Part shown: positions 26,474 through 35,150 of the stretch, in pieces
Layout: each line of letters begins with the position of its first letter
How positions within the stretch are numbered: the first letter of the stretch is position 1
Source: a virus
Taxonomy: Duplodnaviria > Caudoviricetes
Virus record (IMG/VR): IMGVR_UViG_3300031228_000014
Span: 1 to 42,900 of that record
Reading direction: 5' to 3' (one strand)
Length of the DNA: 42,900 nt
The notes under the pieces: generated by a model
Told to the model about the DNA's origin: nothing
The model's database searches: none
The model's input: only the letters and a program-made list of their open reading frames with translations
Program-made: the position numbers and the translations under genes

Positions 26474-27307
26474 CTACTGGGTGCCGCCGCGCTGCTGGGC
26501 AGCGAGTTGCTGCTTGAGCGCGATGGACGTGCGTGTGTCGCCCTTGGCCAGGGCGTCCTGGATCTGGGCGTGGATGTCGACTGGGCCGCGGGCGCCCTGC
26601 GACGGGTCCGGCTTCGGCCCAGCCGCAGGCGCTGGCTGACCGTTGGGCGCCGGCTGCTGCGCGTTGGCAGGTTCGGCCGTCGGGTCGGGCGGAGGCGGCG
26701 GAGGCGCCTTGGGGAACAGCTTCAGCAGCCGGTCGGCGTGCGCGGCCAGCTCCTGCTGCGTGTCGCCCCGCAGTTCGGCCGCCTGGTCCTTGGTGAGGCC
26801 CTTGTCGGTGGCGATCTCCAGCCGCCACCGCGCCTGACGTTCGGTCTGCGTTTCTTGCCGGACCTGCGCGAGCTCCTCCTGGAGCCGCTCCACATCAGTC
26901 TTCTCGGCATCGGGAACGGCGACCTTGCGGAACTGGGCGAACAGTTCGGCTGCCGGCTGCAGCGCATCCAGTTGCTTCTTCAGGTCGGCGAGCTGCCGGT
27001 TGTGGGCTTCGGTCTGCTCGGCGGCGGCCTTCTCGGCCGCCTTAGCGCGCGCCCGTTCGGCAGCCAGCGCCTTCTTTCCGCCTTCGCCGAGCTGGTCCGC
27101 GTCACCGGCAGAGCCGTCCTGGCCTCCTGCCACCGGGTCGGCTGCGCCCGTCGCGGGCTCGGCCGCTGGCTGGCCGGGAGGGAGGGTCGGCTGAACGAAT
27201 GTTGGTTGCGCCGCCGGCCCCGTCGCGGGGTTCTGCGGTGCCGGATTGGTTGGTGTTGGGTTGGTCGGCGCGGCGTTGCCGCCGTCGCCAGGGTTCGGCT
27301 GGGTCAT
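26474..27307 (-). CDS. capsid scaffolding protein
   Basis: Pro-rich N-terminus, LGEGGKKALAAER coiled coil, PKPDPSQG. Confidence 0.85.
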   Translation of the reverse strand: MTQPNPGDGGNAAPTNPTPTNPAPQNPATGPAAQPTFVQPTLPPGQPAAEPATGAADPVAGGQDGSAGDADQLGEGGKKALAAERARAKAAEKAAAEQTEAHNRQLADLKKQLDALQPAAELFAQFRKVAVPDAEKTDVERLQEELAQVRQETQTERQARWRLEIATDKGLTKDQAAELRGDTQQELAAHADRLLKLFPKAPPPPPPDPTAEPANAQQPAPNGQPAPAAGPKPDPSQGARGPVDIHAQIQDALAKGDTRTSIALKQQLAAQQRGGTQ

Positions 27308-27450
27308 CGCGACCTCTCCGTTGGGCAGGCGGCATCGCGCCGCCAGTCAGGTGGTGTGTGCTGCCGGCCGGGGGCGTCGCGCCCCACTTCGGCCGGGCCG
27401 GCTACCGCTCGCGGCGCCGGAGAACTGATGTCAGGGGGTCAGGGATCTGC

Positions 27451-27696
27451 TTAGGCGCGGGAGAATCGGCTCCACGCGGCGAACGCCACACGCGCCTGGG
27501 TCCCGTCGGCCTGCTGGAACCGGAGGCCGTGGTCGCCGGGAAGCGGGTTGCGGTGGTCACCGCCGCGGCCCATCAGCGGTGGGATTCCGCCCGGGAACGC
27601 ATCGCACGTGGCCGCTAGCTGCGTGCCGGTGTCCGGGTCGCTGGCCTGGTGCAGGCGGACGCAGGCGAAGCACTGCATCGGCATCACGGTGGTCAC
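27451..27696 (-). CDS. small Cys/His protein, putative immunity partner of the MuF peptidase
   Basis: GTGA-coupled to MuF stop; CFAC...CDAFPGGIP...DH..P.PGD.G..F. Confidence 0.65.
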   Translation of the reverse strand: MTTVMPMQCFACVRLHQASDPDTGTQLAATCDAFPGGIPPLMGRGGDHRNPLPGDHGLRFQQADGTQARVAFAAWSRFSRA

Positions 27697-30281
27697 AGCG
27701 CCGCCTCCGCGAGATCCCGCATCACGTCCCCGATCGCCCGGATGTGCGGCCTTGCCCGTTCTCCCATGGTCGAGTATTCCTGCCACACCTCGGCGAGCAG
27801 TTCGTACCCGTTCTTGGCAGCGTAGCCCGACACTTCCAGAACCACCTGCGGATGATTGCTGACCGCGTTGGTGATCTGGCGCATCAGCGTGGCCATCGCT
27901 GTCCCGGCCGGCTCGATGCTCATCGGAATGCCCACCTGGTCACGCACCACCTGCAGGAGCTGCCGCGCCCCGGCGGGTGTCATCCGAGCGAACATGACGC
28001 TGGTGATGTGGTGGCCGTACTCGTGAGCCACAACCGTCTGCAGCGGGCCTGCCGCGCCGGTTGGGGTCCACCACCCACTGGCAACGGACTTGCGCACCAA
28101 TTCGCGGTTTGGGCTGTCCGGCCGGTCCCAGTCCGGGTGCAGGTGCATCTCCCGGAAGTTCAGGTCGTAGTGGCCCAGCACCCCGGGTTCCGCGCGGAAG
28201 TCCGTGTCGACCACTCGGAGCTGGCCGGCAGCCCTAGGGGCGAGGGAGCCCTGCCTTTCCAGCTCGGCAGCGACCTGCTGGGTTGCGGCAGTCCGGCCCA
28301 TCTTGACTGGTGCGACCGGTATCCGCTGCGGCCCCGGCTGCACCGCCGGCTGGGCTATGGGTGGGGGCGCAGCAGGCCGGACGGGCCGGGGCGAAGCACG
28401 CAGGTAGCCGTTACGGCGCAGCAGTGCGACCGCCTCGGCGCGGGAGCGGGCCTGCCGGTAGATCTCCTCGGGCATCAGCCGCCCCGGCCGGGCTCGGCCG
28501 AACCGGGTGGTCGACTCGGATGTGGTGAACCGCCCCGACGGGTCCGGGGCCAGCCGCCGCCGGCCGGCAGGTCCGGCTGCGGTGGACATGCCCCGGCGGG
28601 CGTTCACCACCTGGTTGATGTCCGCGCCGTCGCGGATCGCCTGCGCCCCGGCCCGGGTGAAGATCCGGTCCTGCTCCGCCTCAGTGAGGCTGTCGAAGTA
28701 TGCCCGCGGGTCGAAGCCCACGTCGCGGGCCTCCCCGCGCGTCGAAGGGATGTGCCGGCAGTCGCAGTTGGATACAATAAGTCGGTTCGCGCTGTACCAT
28801 CCTTCGACGGACGTGAGGTTGTAGACGTGGCCCGACCACTCGACTCTACGAATCTCGACCACGCGATCCAGCTCTACCTGGCCGGCGAGCCGCAGGAGCA
28901 GATCCTGTCCGCGGCAGGCGTAAGCCACACGACTCTCCACCGTGAACGGACCCGCAGGGGGATCCCACCGCGCACTGTCCGACAGCTGCCGGGCGATGAT
29001 CTCGCGGCGGCGTACCGCGCTGGCGAGAGTGAGTACAGTCTCGGCCGTCGGTATGGCGTCTCCCGCGGTGTTGTGCGTCGCCACCTCGCCGAGGCCGGAG
29101 TCGAGATCCGCGGCATGTCCGCAGCCGGGAAGGTACGCGCGCGTCGCATGACGCCCGACGATCGTCGGGCACAGGCCGCCGCCGCGCACGATGCCGTTCG
29201 TGGGATCAGCCACACGGAGGACCGGATGTTGCGCCGGGCGGAGTTGCGGGAGCAGCGCGGACTGTGCGACTCGCTCGGCGAATTGTTCCTGCTCGGCGAG
29301 CTGGGCAAGCGCGGTGTCCAAGCCATACCGCAAAAGGCGATCGGCAAGTACAACGTCGACCTTGCCGTGGCCCCCATCGCCGTGGAAGTCCTCGGGGGCG
29401 GTTGGCACATGATCAAGCGTCACCACGCCGTCCGGACGCCACAGATTCTCGATGCGGGCTGGCACCTGGTCTTCGTCTGGAACTACGAGGGCCGTAGCGC
29501 CCTGACCTCGGGTGCTGCGGACTACCTCGTCGCCCTCCTGGAGGAGGTGCGCCGGGACCCACCCGCGACGAGTCAGTACCGGGTGATTGCCGGTAACGGG
29601 CAGCTGCTCGCCACTCGCGGTCGAGACGATGACGAGTTCCCCTTGGAATCGCCGCCGCGTGGCCGCTAAGGTTGCCGGACCGGTGACAACGACACCCGCC
29701 GGAAGACAACGCGGGTGGCGGCGGAATCCGGCCGAGTAGGGGTACCAGCGGCCGGCGAGGATTACGCAGCGGGAACACGCAGGCGGCACCAGCAGCCGCA
29801 TGTACCCGGACGCGGACCGGTGCGCGGTCAGCGCCACCTGGTCGGCGGTCCGGCCGGCGTCGGCAACCTGCGTGCGGACGATCATGTCCAGGCTGGCCCG
29901 GCCCGACGCCAGCGCCTCAGCACGGGACCGGCCCGACGCCAGGGCGTAGGTGGCCAGGTTGGCCGGCTGCACCAGCAGCGACCGCAGGTCCCGCCCGTCG
30001 GAAGCGATCCCGGCGAACGCTCCGGCTGCTATCTGCCCGTCCGAGCCGGTGGCGATGCCCTGCTCGGCCAGCACCGCAGCGAGATACCCGTCGGCCTGCC
30101 CGGCGGCGGCCTGCTGCGCCCCGGACACCGCCAGGAACACCCGGTCGACCTGCCGTGTCCACGACTCGACGATCAGGTCAGGGTCGATCTGCTGCCATGC
30201 GTCGGCGGCGGCCCTCGCCGCGGCGGCGGACAGGAGACGCTGCGCCCGGTAGTGGTCCTGGGCGACCTGCTCAGCCGACAC
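27693..30281 (-). CDS. MuF-like minor head protein with intein and C-terminal HEXXH metallopeptidase
   Basis: between portal and scaffold; CSRC...HPR|CDC motif split by the intein; HEYGH and YAAKNGYELLAE. Confidence 0.85.
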   Translation of the reverse strand: MSAEQVAQDHYRAQRLLSAAAARAAADAWQQIDPDLIVESWTRQVDRVFLAVSGAQQAAAGQADGYLAAVLAEQGIATGSDGQIAAGAFAGIASDGRDLRSLLVQPANLATYALASGRSRAEALASGRASLDMIVRTQVADAGRTADQVALTAHRSASGYMRLLVPPACSRCVILAGRWYPYSAGFRRHPRCLPAGVVVTGPATLAATRRRFQGELVIVSTASGEQLPVTGNHPVLTRRGWVPAHLLQEGDEVVRSTRGQGATALVVPDEDQVPARIENLWRPDGVVTLDHVPTAPEDFHGDGGHGKVDVVLADRLLRYGLDTALAQLAEQEQFAERVAQSALLPQLRPAQHPVLRVADPTNGIVRGGGLCPTIVGRHATRAYLPGCGHAADLDSGLGEVATHNTAGDAIPTAETVLTLASAVRRREIIARQLSDSARWDPPAGPFTVESRVAYACRGQDLLLRLAGQVELDRVVEIRRVEWSGHVYNLTSVEGWYSANRLIVSNCDCRHIPSTRGEARDVGFDPRAYFDSLTEAEQDRIFTRAGAQAIRDGADINQVVNARRGMSTAAGPAGRRRLAPDPSGRFTTSESTTRFGRARPGRLMPEEIYRQARSRAEAVALLRRNGYLRASPRPVRPAAPPPIAQPAVQPGPQRIPVAPVKMGRTAATQQVAAELERQGSLAPRAAGQLRVVDTDFRAEPGVLGHYDLNFREMHLHPDWDRPDSPNRELVRKSVASGWWTPTGAAGPLQTVVAHEYGHHITSVMFARMTPAGARQLLQVVRDQVGIPMSIEPAGTAMATLMRQITNAVSNHPQVVLEVSGYAAKNGYELLAEVWQEYSTMGERARPHIRAIGDVMRDLAEAAL
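28773..28818 (+). promoter_or_regulatory. putative promoter/RBS of the antisense endonuclease gene
   Basis: TACAAT (28773-78), TACCAT (28795-800) and GAGG (28815-18) upstream of GTG 28827. Confidence 0.45.
28827..29669 (+). CDS. HTH + Vsr/DUF559-like PD-(D/E)XK endonuclease, antisense within the intein
   Basis: two HTH repeats (YLAGEP...GVSHTTL; YRAGES...YGVSRGVVRRHL); GELFL...YNVDL...AVEVLGGGWH...GWHLVFVW. Confidence 0.85.
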   Translation: MARPLDSTNLDHAIQLYLAGEPQEQILSAAGVSHTTLHRERTRRGIPPRTVRQLPGDDLAAAYRAGESEYSLGRRYGVSRGVVRRHLAEAGVEIRGMSAAGKVRARRMTPDDRRAQAAAAHDAVRGISHTEDRMLRRAELREQRGLCDSLGELFLLGELGKRGVQAIPQKAIGKYNVDLAVAPIAVEVLGGGWHMIKRHHAVRTPQILDAGWHLVFVWNYEGRSALTSGAADYLVALLEEVRRDPPATSQYRVIAGNGQLLATRGRDDDEFPLESPPRGR

Positions 30282-31800
30282 CGGCCGGCTCCGGCGCGGC
30301 CAGAGTCGGATTCAGCCGCAACCGCCCGTTGGCCGAGACGGCCGACCCGTCCGCCTCGGGCTCGGGCCGGTCGTCGGCGCCGCCTCCGGCCACCTGCCGC
30401 GCCAACTCGGCGATCGGATCGTTGGCCGCTTCCCGCCGGTCGTCCTCCTCCATCCGCCGGATCTGGATGTCGGAGTAGCCCAGGTCCTCACGGGCCTGCC
30501 GGCGGGTGATGATCGGCTTCGGCAGGTTGAACAGCTTCACCGTCGCGTCGGCCTTCTGCGCCACCGTCGGGGTGGACGCGTCGCGCCACTGCACTTCCAG
30601 CCGCTTGAGCCGCGGGTCCCAGTCGCCGGACTGCAACCGGCGCACCAGCCGCATGACCTGCTCCCACGAGCCGCCGAACGCCCGCTGCTTCCGCTCGGCG
30701 CGCTTCACCAAACGCGCCTCCGCTGAGCGGATCGCGTCCGCGCTGGCCGGGTTGTCGGTGGTGAACCCGAGGTAGTGCGGCGGCAGCCCGGCGACGGCGG
30801 CGACCATCCGGGCCAGTTCGTTGATGCTGCGGTGAAAGTTGTCCAACGAGGCGGCGTTGAACTGGAACTCCCGGCCGCCCTCCTCCTGCAGGGTCAGGAA
30901 CCGGCCCATGATGGCCTGCAGGGCGGTGAGCTTATTGCCCTTCTCGTCCACCAGATCACCGGGGCCGAGACCCCAGAACCCGCGCAGCGGGATCGCCACA
31001 AACTCCGCGGCCACCATCATGTCCGTGGCCAGCTTGTTCGCCGCATCCGACAGGGGGATGATCGGCGCCAGCTCCGACGTGCCGTACTGGGTCCGCAGCG
31101 CCCCGACGCCGGTGCGGCGCGAATGGCGCAGCCTGGCCCGGTTAACCAGCGGCACCACCGGCACCACACCCAGCTTGTGCTGGTCGCGGTCGATCTCCCG
31201 CCAGCCGCCGGCCCAGTCGAACCAGACCGTCTCGTCGGGCAGGTACAGGGTGGCGTACCGTTCGGTCACCCGGGCGATCGAGTTGGTCTCCTGCACCCTG
31301 CGCAGCGCCGCCCGCACCCGCCGGTTCCGCGGGTCGATGTCGGCGAACACCTCCAGCGGCGACTCGACAGTGACCAGCGGGGTGTCCTGGCCGCGGTCCC
31401 GCTCCGACCCCCGGGCCAGGTCGTCCTCGTGCGTGCCCACCGCCACGTAGGACCGGCGCATCACGAGCGCGTCTACGTGCCCCAGCTGGGACTGCTCGTC
31501 CAGGTCGTTGTCCTGCCACACCCGCCACAGGTCCTTGTCGGCGGACTCCTTGTCGGGTAGCCGGAACCCTTCGATGTCCAGCCGTTCCTCGACCGTGTCC
31601 ACCACGAGCTGCGGCCAGCCGATGATCACCGGCCTGATCCGGTCCTGCAGCTCCCGGAAGATCTCCGGGTGCATGTAGGTCAGCGGCTGCCGGCCCTCGT
31701 AGTAGTTGTCGAGGTTCTCCAGTTCGGCGACCTCGGCGTCGTGGGTGAGCGACAGGCGGGTGATCCAGTCCTGCTCAGACTGGGGGAGCTGCGTGGCCAT
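30271..31800 (-). CDS. portal protein (SPP1 gp6-like)
   Basis: YYEGRQPL, WPQLVVD...ERL, LGVVPVVPLVN, NPASADAIR. Confidence 0.93.
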   Translation of the reverse strand: MATQLPQSEQDWITRLSLTHDAEVAELENLDNYYEGRQPLTYMHPEIFRELQDRIRPVIIGWPQLVVDTVEERLDIEGFRLPDKESADKDLWRVWQDNDLDEQSQLGHVDALVMRRSYVAVGTHEDDLARGSERDRGQDTPLVTVESPLEVFADIDPRNRRVRAALRRVQETNSIARVTERYATLYLPDETVWFDWAGGWREIDRDQHKLGVVPVVPLVNRARLRHSRRTGVGALRTQYGTSELAPIIPLSDAANKLATDMMVAAEFVAIPLRGFWGLGPGDLVDEKGNKLTALQAIMGRFLTLQEEGGREFQFNAASLDNFHRSINELARMVAAVAGLPPHYLGFTTDNPASADAIRSAEARLVKRAERKQRAFGGSWEQVMRLVRRLQSGDWDPRLKRLEVQWRDASTPTVAQKADATVKLFNLPKPIITRRQAREDLGYSDIQIRRMEEDDRREAANDPIAELARQVAGGGADDRPEPEADGSAVSANGRLRLNPTLAAPEPAGVG

Positions 31801-31819
31801 CGCACACCCCCCGGGGTAG

Positions 31820-33448
31820 CTACCTCATGACAACCAGCTTCCGGCGTGGCGGAGGCTCCGGGTTCCACCCCGCCGCGATCGCATCCGCGCGAGCTTCGTA
31901 GGCCAGGGCCGCACCGACAACAGAGTCGATCTTCCGGGCGGAATGCTCGTGTTCCTTGCGCACCAATCGGTGGCCGCCCTTGCGGCGGACGTAAGCGTTA
32001 CCGAAGTGGGCCATGAGCCGGCCGTCGCCGGAGTGCCACGCCTCCGCGTTGATCAGGTCAGCGTGTAGTCGGTCGAGCGCGGCGGCCATCTGCACGTCCC
32101 GCCGCGTTTCCCATGGGAACACCCGCTCGGAGCCCAGCTCGGTGGACAGAGTGTCGAGGTCCGTGCGCCACTCGTGCGGGTCCGCGTACAGCCGGGTGAC
32201 CTTGTACCGGGCGAACGCCTCGCGCACCGCGTCCAGCACTTCTCCGCGCGGCACTTCCCATCCGACGCCTGCACGGCCGGACGGCTTCTCCCAGATCCCC
32301 ACCGGGAACAGGAACCCGTCGGACATCCGGGAGCCGATCAGCACCGTCGAGTCCTCGTTCAGGGAGCCGTCGAACCCGAGCGCCACATGCTCCCCGGCTG
32401 CGATCACATCCTGCCGGGCCTGCCGCTCCACCACATCCGTGGCGATCCACGCATCGGCGGCGGCGATCCCACGGTTCAGGTAGTACCGGGCCGCCTCGGC
32501 GTCGTCCCGGCAGATTCGCGGATCGCGCATGTCCCGGTACTTCCGCTCCATGTCGTGCCACTCCGCTGCCGGCCCGTACACCTCGACCAGCTGGGCGATC
32601 GTGTGCTCGCGGTCCTCCAGGTTGATGCGGCCCTTCGCCTCCCGGTGGTCCACCAGCACCGACGGCGGAAGCTCGCCCTTGCGCCACGAAGTCAGCGTCT
32701 CCTCGGCGATCGACTGCTCACCCAGCCGGTACATAGTGGTGGTCTGCATCAGCCACGGCTGCGCGATCTTCCGCTTGCCCAGGTTCCGCTGGATCGTGCC
32801 GTACATCGACTTCAACTCACGCAGCACGTACAGGTGCGACTCGTCCGCGCAGACCCACGTCTCCTTGCCGCCGTCTTTCGACGCCGACCCGGAGGTGCAG
32901 GCGCGGATCTCGCCACCATGCGGAAGGTAGATCGCGGTCGCCGACTGGTACTGCCGCACCCCCGACACGCCGCCGTAGATGTCCGGGTACGAATCCGGAC
33001 CCCAGGTGGCCGCGATGAACGCGATGTTCTCGAACGTGTTCCCGGCCTGCGACTCCTCGGTAGCCAGGCACTTCAGCAGCGGCGACCTCACCGGCCGGGC
33101 CACAGGCCGCCCCGCCGCATTCCACCCGTCGAAGCGGACCGGCGCAAACGCCTCCGCAGTCCCGATCAGCCCTGCAAGCTCCGACTTCGCCCGACCCTTC
33201 GGCCGCGACAGCACCGCCTCGTCGTATAGACGCCGACCGGTCAACGGATCTATCCGGTACGCCTCGACCAGGAAGTTGAACCACTCGAAGTCGGTCCCCG
33301 CCGACAGGTTCAGTGGCTCACCCTGCACGTCGCCGGGTCCGTGGCAGGCATACTCGTTCAGCCAGTCGATCACCTCGTAGCCCAGCGAGCACACATGCCC
33401 GTCGAACTCCGGACCGGACCACCGGTCGTGGACCCGACGCCGGGCCAC
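31820..33448 (-). CDS. terL: terminase large subunit
   Basis: Walker A RPKGRAKS, Walker B CADESH, nuclease GFDGS..DST, KIDSVV. Confidence 0.93.
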   Translation of the reverse strand: MARRRVHDRWSGPEFDGHVCSLGYEVIDWLNEYACHGPGDVQGEPLNLSAGTDFEWFNFLVEAYRIDPLTGRRLYDEAVLSRPKGRAKSELAGLIGTAEAFAPVRFDGWNAAGRPVARPVRSPLLKCLATEESQAGNTFENIAFIAATWGPDSYPDIYGGVSGVRQYQSATAIYLPHGGEIRACTSGSASKDGGKETWVCADESHLYVLRELKSMYGTIQRNLGKRKIAQPWLMQTTTMYRLGEQSIAEETLTSWRKGELPPSVLVDHREAKGRINLEDREHTIAQLVEVYGPAAEWHDMERKYRDMRDPRICRDDAEAARYYLNRGIAAADAWIATDVVERQARQDVIAAGEHVALGFDGSLNEDSTVLIGSRMSDGFLFPVGIWEKPSGRAGVGWEVPRGEVLDAVREAFARYKVTRLYADPHEWRTDLDTLSTELGSERVFPWETRRDVQMAAALDRLHADLINAEAWHSGDGRLMAHFGNAYVRRKGGHRLVRKEHEHSARKIDSVVGAALAYEARADAIAAGWNPEPPPRRKLVVMR

Positions 33449-33449
33449 C

Positions 33450-33872
33450 TCAGGCTCCGCGCGCCGCCCGGGCGCTCGCCAACGCAGTCACCGTCGCACC
33501 CGACTTCTTCGCCGACGGGGTATACGACCCGCGACCGCCACCACGCTGCTGCGGCCTCTTCCCCGACTGCTCATCCGGCAGCCGCAACGCCGCCACCAGC
33601 TGCTTGAGCACGTTCGCCTGCTGCCGCGCCTCCGACAGAGCCGAGTCGACCACCACCGACACCTCGGACCCATCGTCGTTGACCTTGAACCGCAGCCATG
33701 TATCGGACTCACCGGACAGGAGGGCGTCCAGCCGGTCCAGCCGGTCAGCGATCCGGCACGCCTCCTCCAGCAGCACCAGCTCCGGCGGTGCAAGCTCGTG
33801 GAGCTTGCACACTTCCCGCCACAGACGAGAGCCCTTGATCCCCAGCCCGCCAGGAATGCGAGGAACAGCCAC
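33450..33872 (-). CDS. terS: terminase small subunit
   Basis: G..LW, LLEEACRIADRLDRL, EARQQ..L..L.LPD; directly upstream of TerL. Confidence 0.85.
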   Translation of the reverse strand: MAVPRIPGGLGIKGSRLWREVCKLHELAPPELVLLEEACRIADRLDRLDALLSGESDTWLRFKVNDDGSEVSVVVDSALSEARQQANVLKQLVAALRLPDEQSGKRPQQRGGGRGSYTPSAKKSGATVTALASARAARGA

Positions 33873-33889
33873 GGCACCCCCAGTGGATC

Positions 33890-33965
33890 TTTTCAGGTCC
33901 TTGGACAGCGAGGTGCCTCCCCCGCGGTCTCCTAATCTGTCCACTATGGGGGGTACCTCCCCGGG
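33890..33965. other. putative cos/packaging initiation region
   Basis: non-coding between HNH and TerS; GGGGGGTACCTCCCC near-palindrome; G/C skew flips here. Confidence 0.35.
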
Positions 33966-34236
33966 TCGGCCAAGGTTGGCTGCGTCGGCGGACTGGCCGG
34001 CTGGACGCTTGCCGCCGTGGCTTCCGCTGCTGTCGCCCCCCCGCTGTTGGTGTCGGCCGCAGGTCGAGGCGGCCGGCCGTTCGGTTGGCTGGCGGTTCGC
34101 AGCCTGCCCGGGGTGGGGGTGGGCGTGTCCCGGGTTGGTCGGCTCCGGCTTGCCGGCGGTAGCTGGCTGCGGTTCCGAGTCCTCGCGACGGGGCTGGCTA
34201 GGGGGGCCGGGATGGTGGTGGCGGTGGTGTTGGGCG

Positions 34237-34644
34237 TTAGGGCTGGGTCGCGTACCAGCCGCCGGGGGCGTGCTGCGGGGTGGACCGGGAGTGGCAGGGG
34301 TGGCACAGGCCACGGCCGTACCGGGGGTGGTACGGGTCCAGGCCCAGGCGTACCAGGTCCCTACGGGGGGTGGGGTGGTGGTCGGCGTGGCGGGAGGGGG
34401 CCAGGCATGGTGCGCCGTGGCCGTGGCCGGTGTCCTCGCATACGCACAGCGGGTCGCGGGTGAGGACCTGCTCCCTGAAGCGGCGTTCGTGGCGGCGGTC
34501 GTAGCCGCGCTGCCGGGCGGTGCCGCGTCGTTGCTCGGCGGCCCGGTTGCACCGGGTGCAGCGCCCGCCGGTGGTGGTCTCCGGGCAGGAACCGGGGTGG
34601 GCGGGGCATCCGACGCAGGAGCACACCCGCATCGCCCTGGGCAT
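34237..34644 (-). CDS. HNH endonuclease (terminase-associated)
   Basis: ARQRGYD, RDPLCVC, ADHH, GLCHPCHSRST; upstream of TerS. Confidence 0.85.
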   Translation of the reverse strand: MPRAMRVCSCVGCPAHPGSCPETTTGGRCTRCNRAAEQRRGTARQRGYDRRHERRFREQVLTRDPLCVCEDTGHGHGAPCLAPSRHADHHPTPRRDLVRLGLDPYHPRYGRGLCHPCHSRSTPQHAPGGWYATQP

Positions 34645-34752
34645 CAGCCCAAACCCTGGTCTGCGAGGGTGCACTGCCGCACATGCACGGCCTCGTGGCG
34701 TACCTTCCGAGCCACTGTCGCAAGTCCCGGTAGCGGCATCGCTCTAGGGAGA

Positions 34753-34902
34753 TCAACGCAGTTCGGGCAGGACGAAGTAGGAGAACACGAGCAGGGTGGC
34801 GGCGAGCAACGGCAGCGACACCCGGCCGGCGCGCACCCCGCACGCCGCCAGGCCCAACAGGACCGTCGCGGTCAAGTAAAGGATCAGCGACAGAACGTCC
34901 AC
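34753..34902 (-). CDS. small 2-TM protein (49 aa, not in ORF track)
   Basis: GAGGT RBS; MDVLSLILYLTATVLLGLAACGVRAGRVSLPLLAATLLVFSYFVLPELR. Confidence 0.65.
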   Translation of the reverse strand: MDVLSLILYLTATVLLGLAACGVRAGRVSLPLLAATLLVFSYFVLPELR

Positions 34903-34913
34903 GGTCGGTCACC

Positions 34914-35150
34914 TCAGTCCGGCTCGTGCGCCTCGTCCAGAGTGGGAAGCTCCACCCGCTCAGCAGCCCGCAGCATGCCGATCCGGTCGATCCAGCACAG
35001 CCCGTCCGACCAGCACATCGCCAGACGAACCCGGCCGTCCGGCTCAACCACCTTCAGCACCACCACGGCGGCGGACACCAGGTCGCCGTCCTCAAGGGCG
35101 GACTGGCAGCCGAGGCCGTCGAGGATCTGGCCGAGCGGCTGGGCGGTCAT
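34914..35150 (-). CDS. hypothetical protein
   Basis: ATGA coupling; GDLVSAAVVVLKV...IGML. Confidence 0.65.
   Translation of the reverse strand: MTAQPLGQILDGLGCQSALEDGDLVSAAVVVLKVVEPDGRVRLAMCWSDGLCWIDRIGMLRAAERVELPTLDEAHEPD

Larger units (their letters stand above)
28767..29708 (-). mobile_element. intein (314 aa, Cys1...Ser-Asn, Cys+1)
   Basis: block A CLPAG, block B TGNHPVL, GWVPAHLLQEGD, block F GHVYNL, block G IVSN|C; removal restores HPRCDC. Confidence 0.9.

Noticed and set aside
24403-26517. 704-aa plus-strand ORF
   Set aside because: Antisense shadow of the capsid and dehydrogenase genes; no recognisable motifs, unlike the intein-nested ORF
27579-28826. N-terminal 416 codons of the 696-aa plus-strand ORF
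   Set aside because: In-register antisense shadow of MuF with no motifs; the credible gene starts at GTG 28827 after an RBS
33944-34313. ORFs between HNH and TerS, including a long TerS N-extension
   Set aside because: Pro/Thr/Gln/His bias reflects strand skew; no convincing RBS
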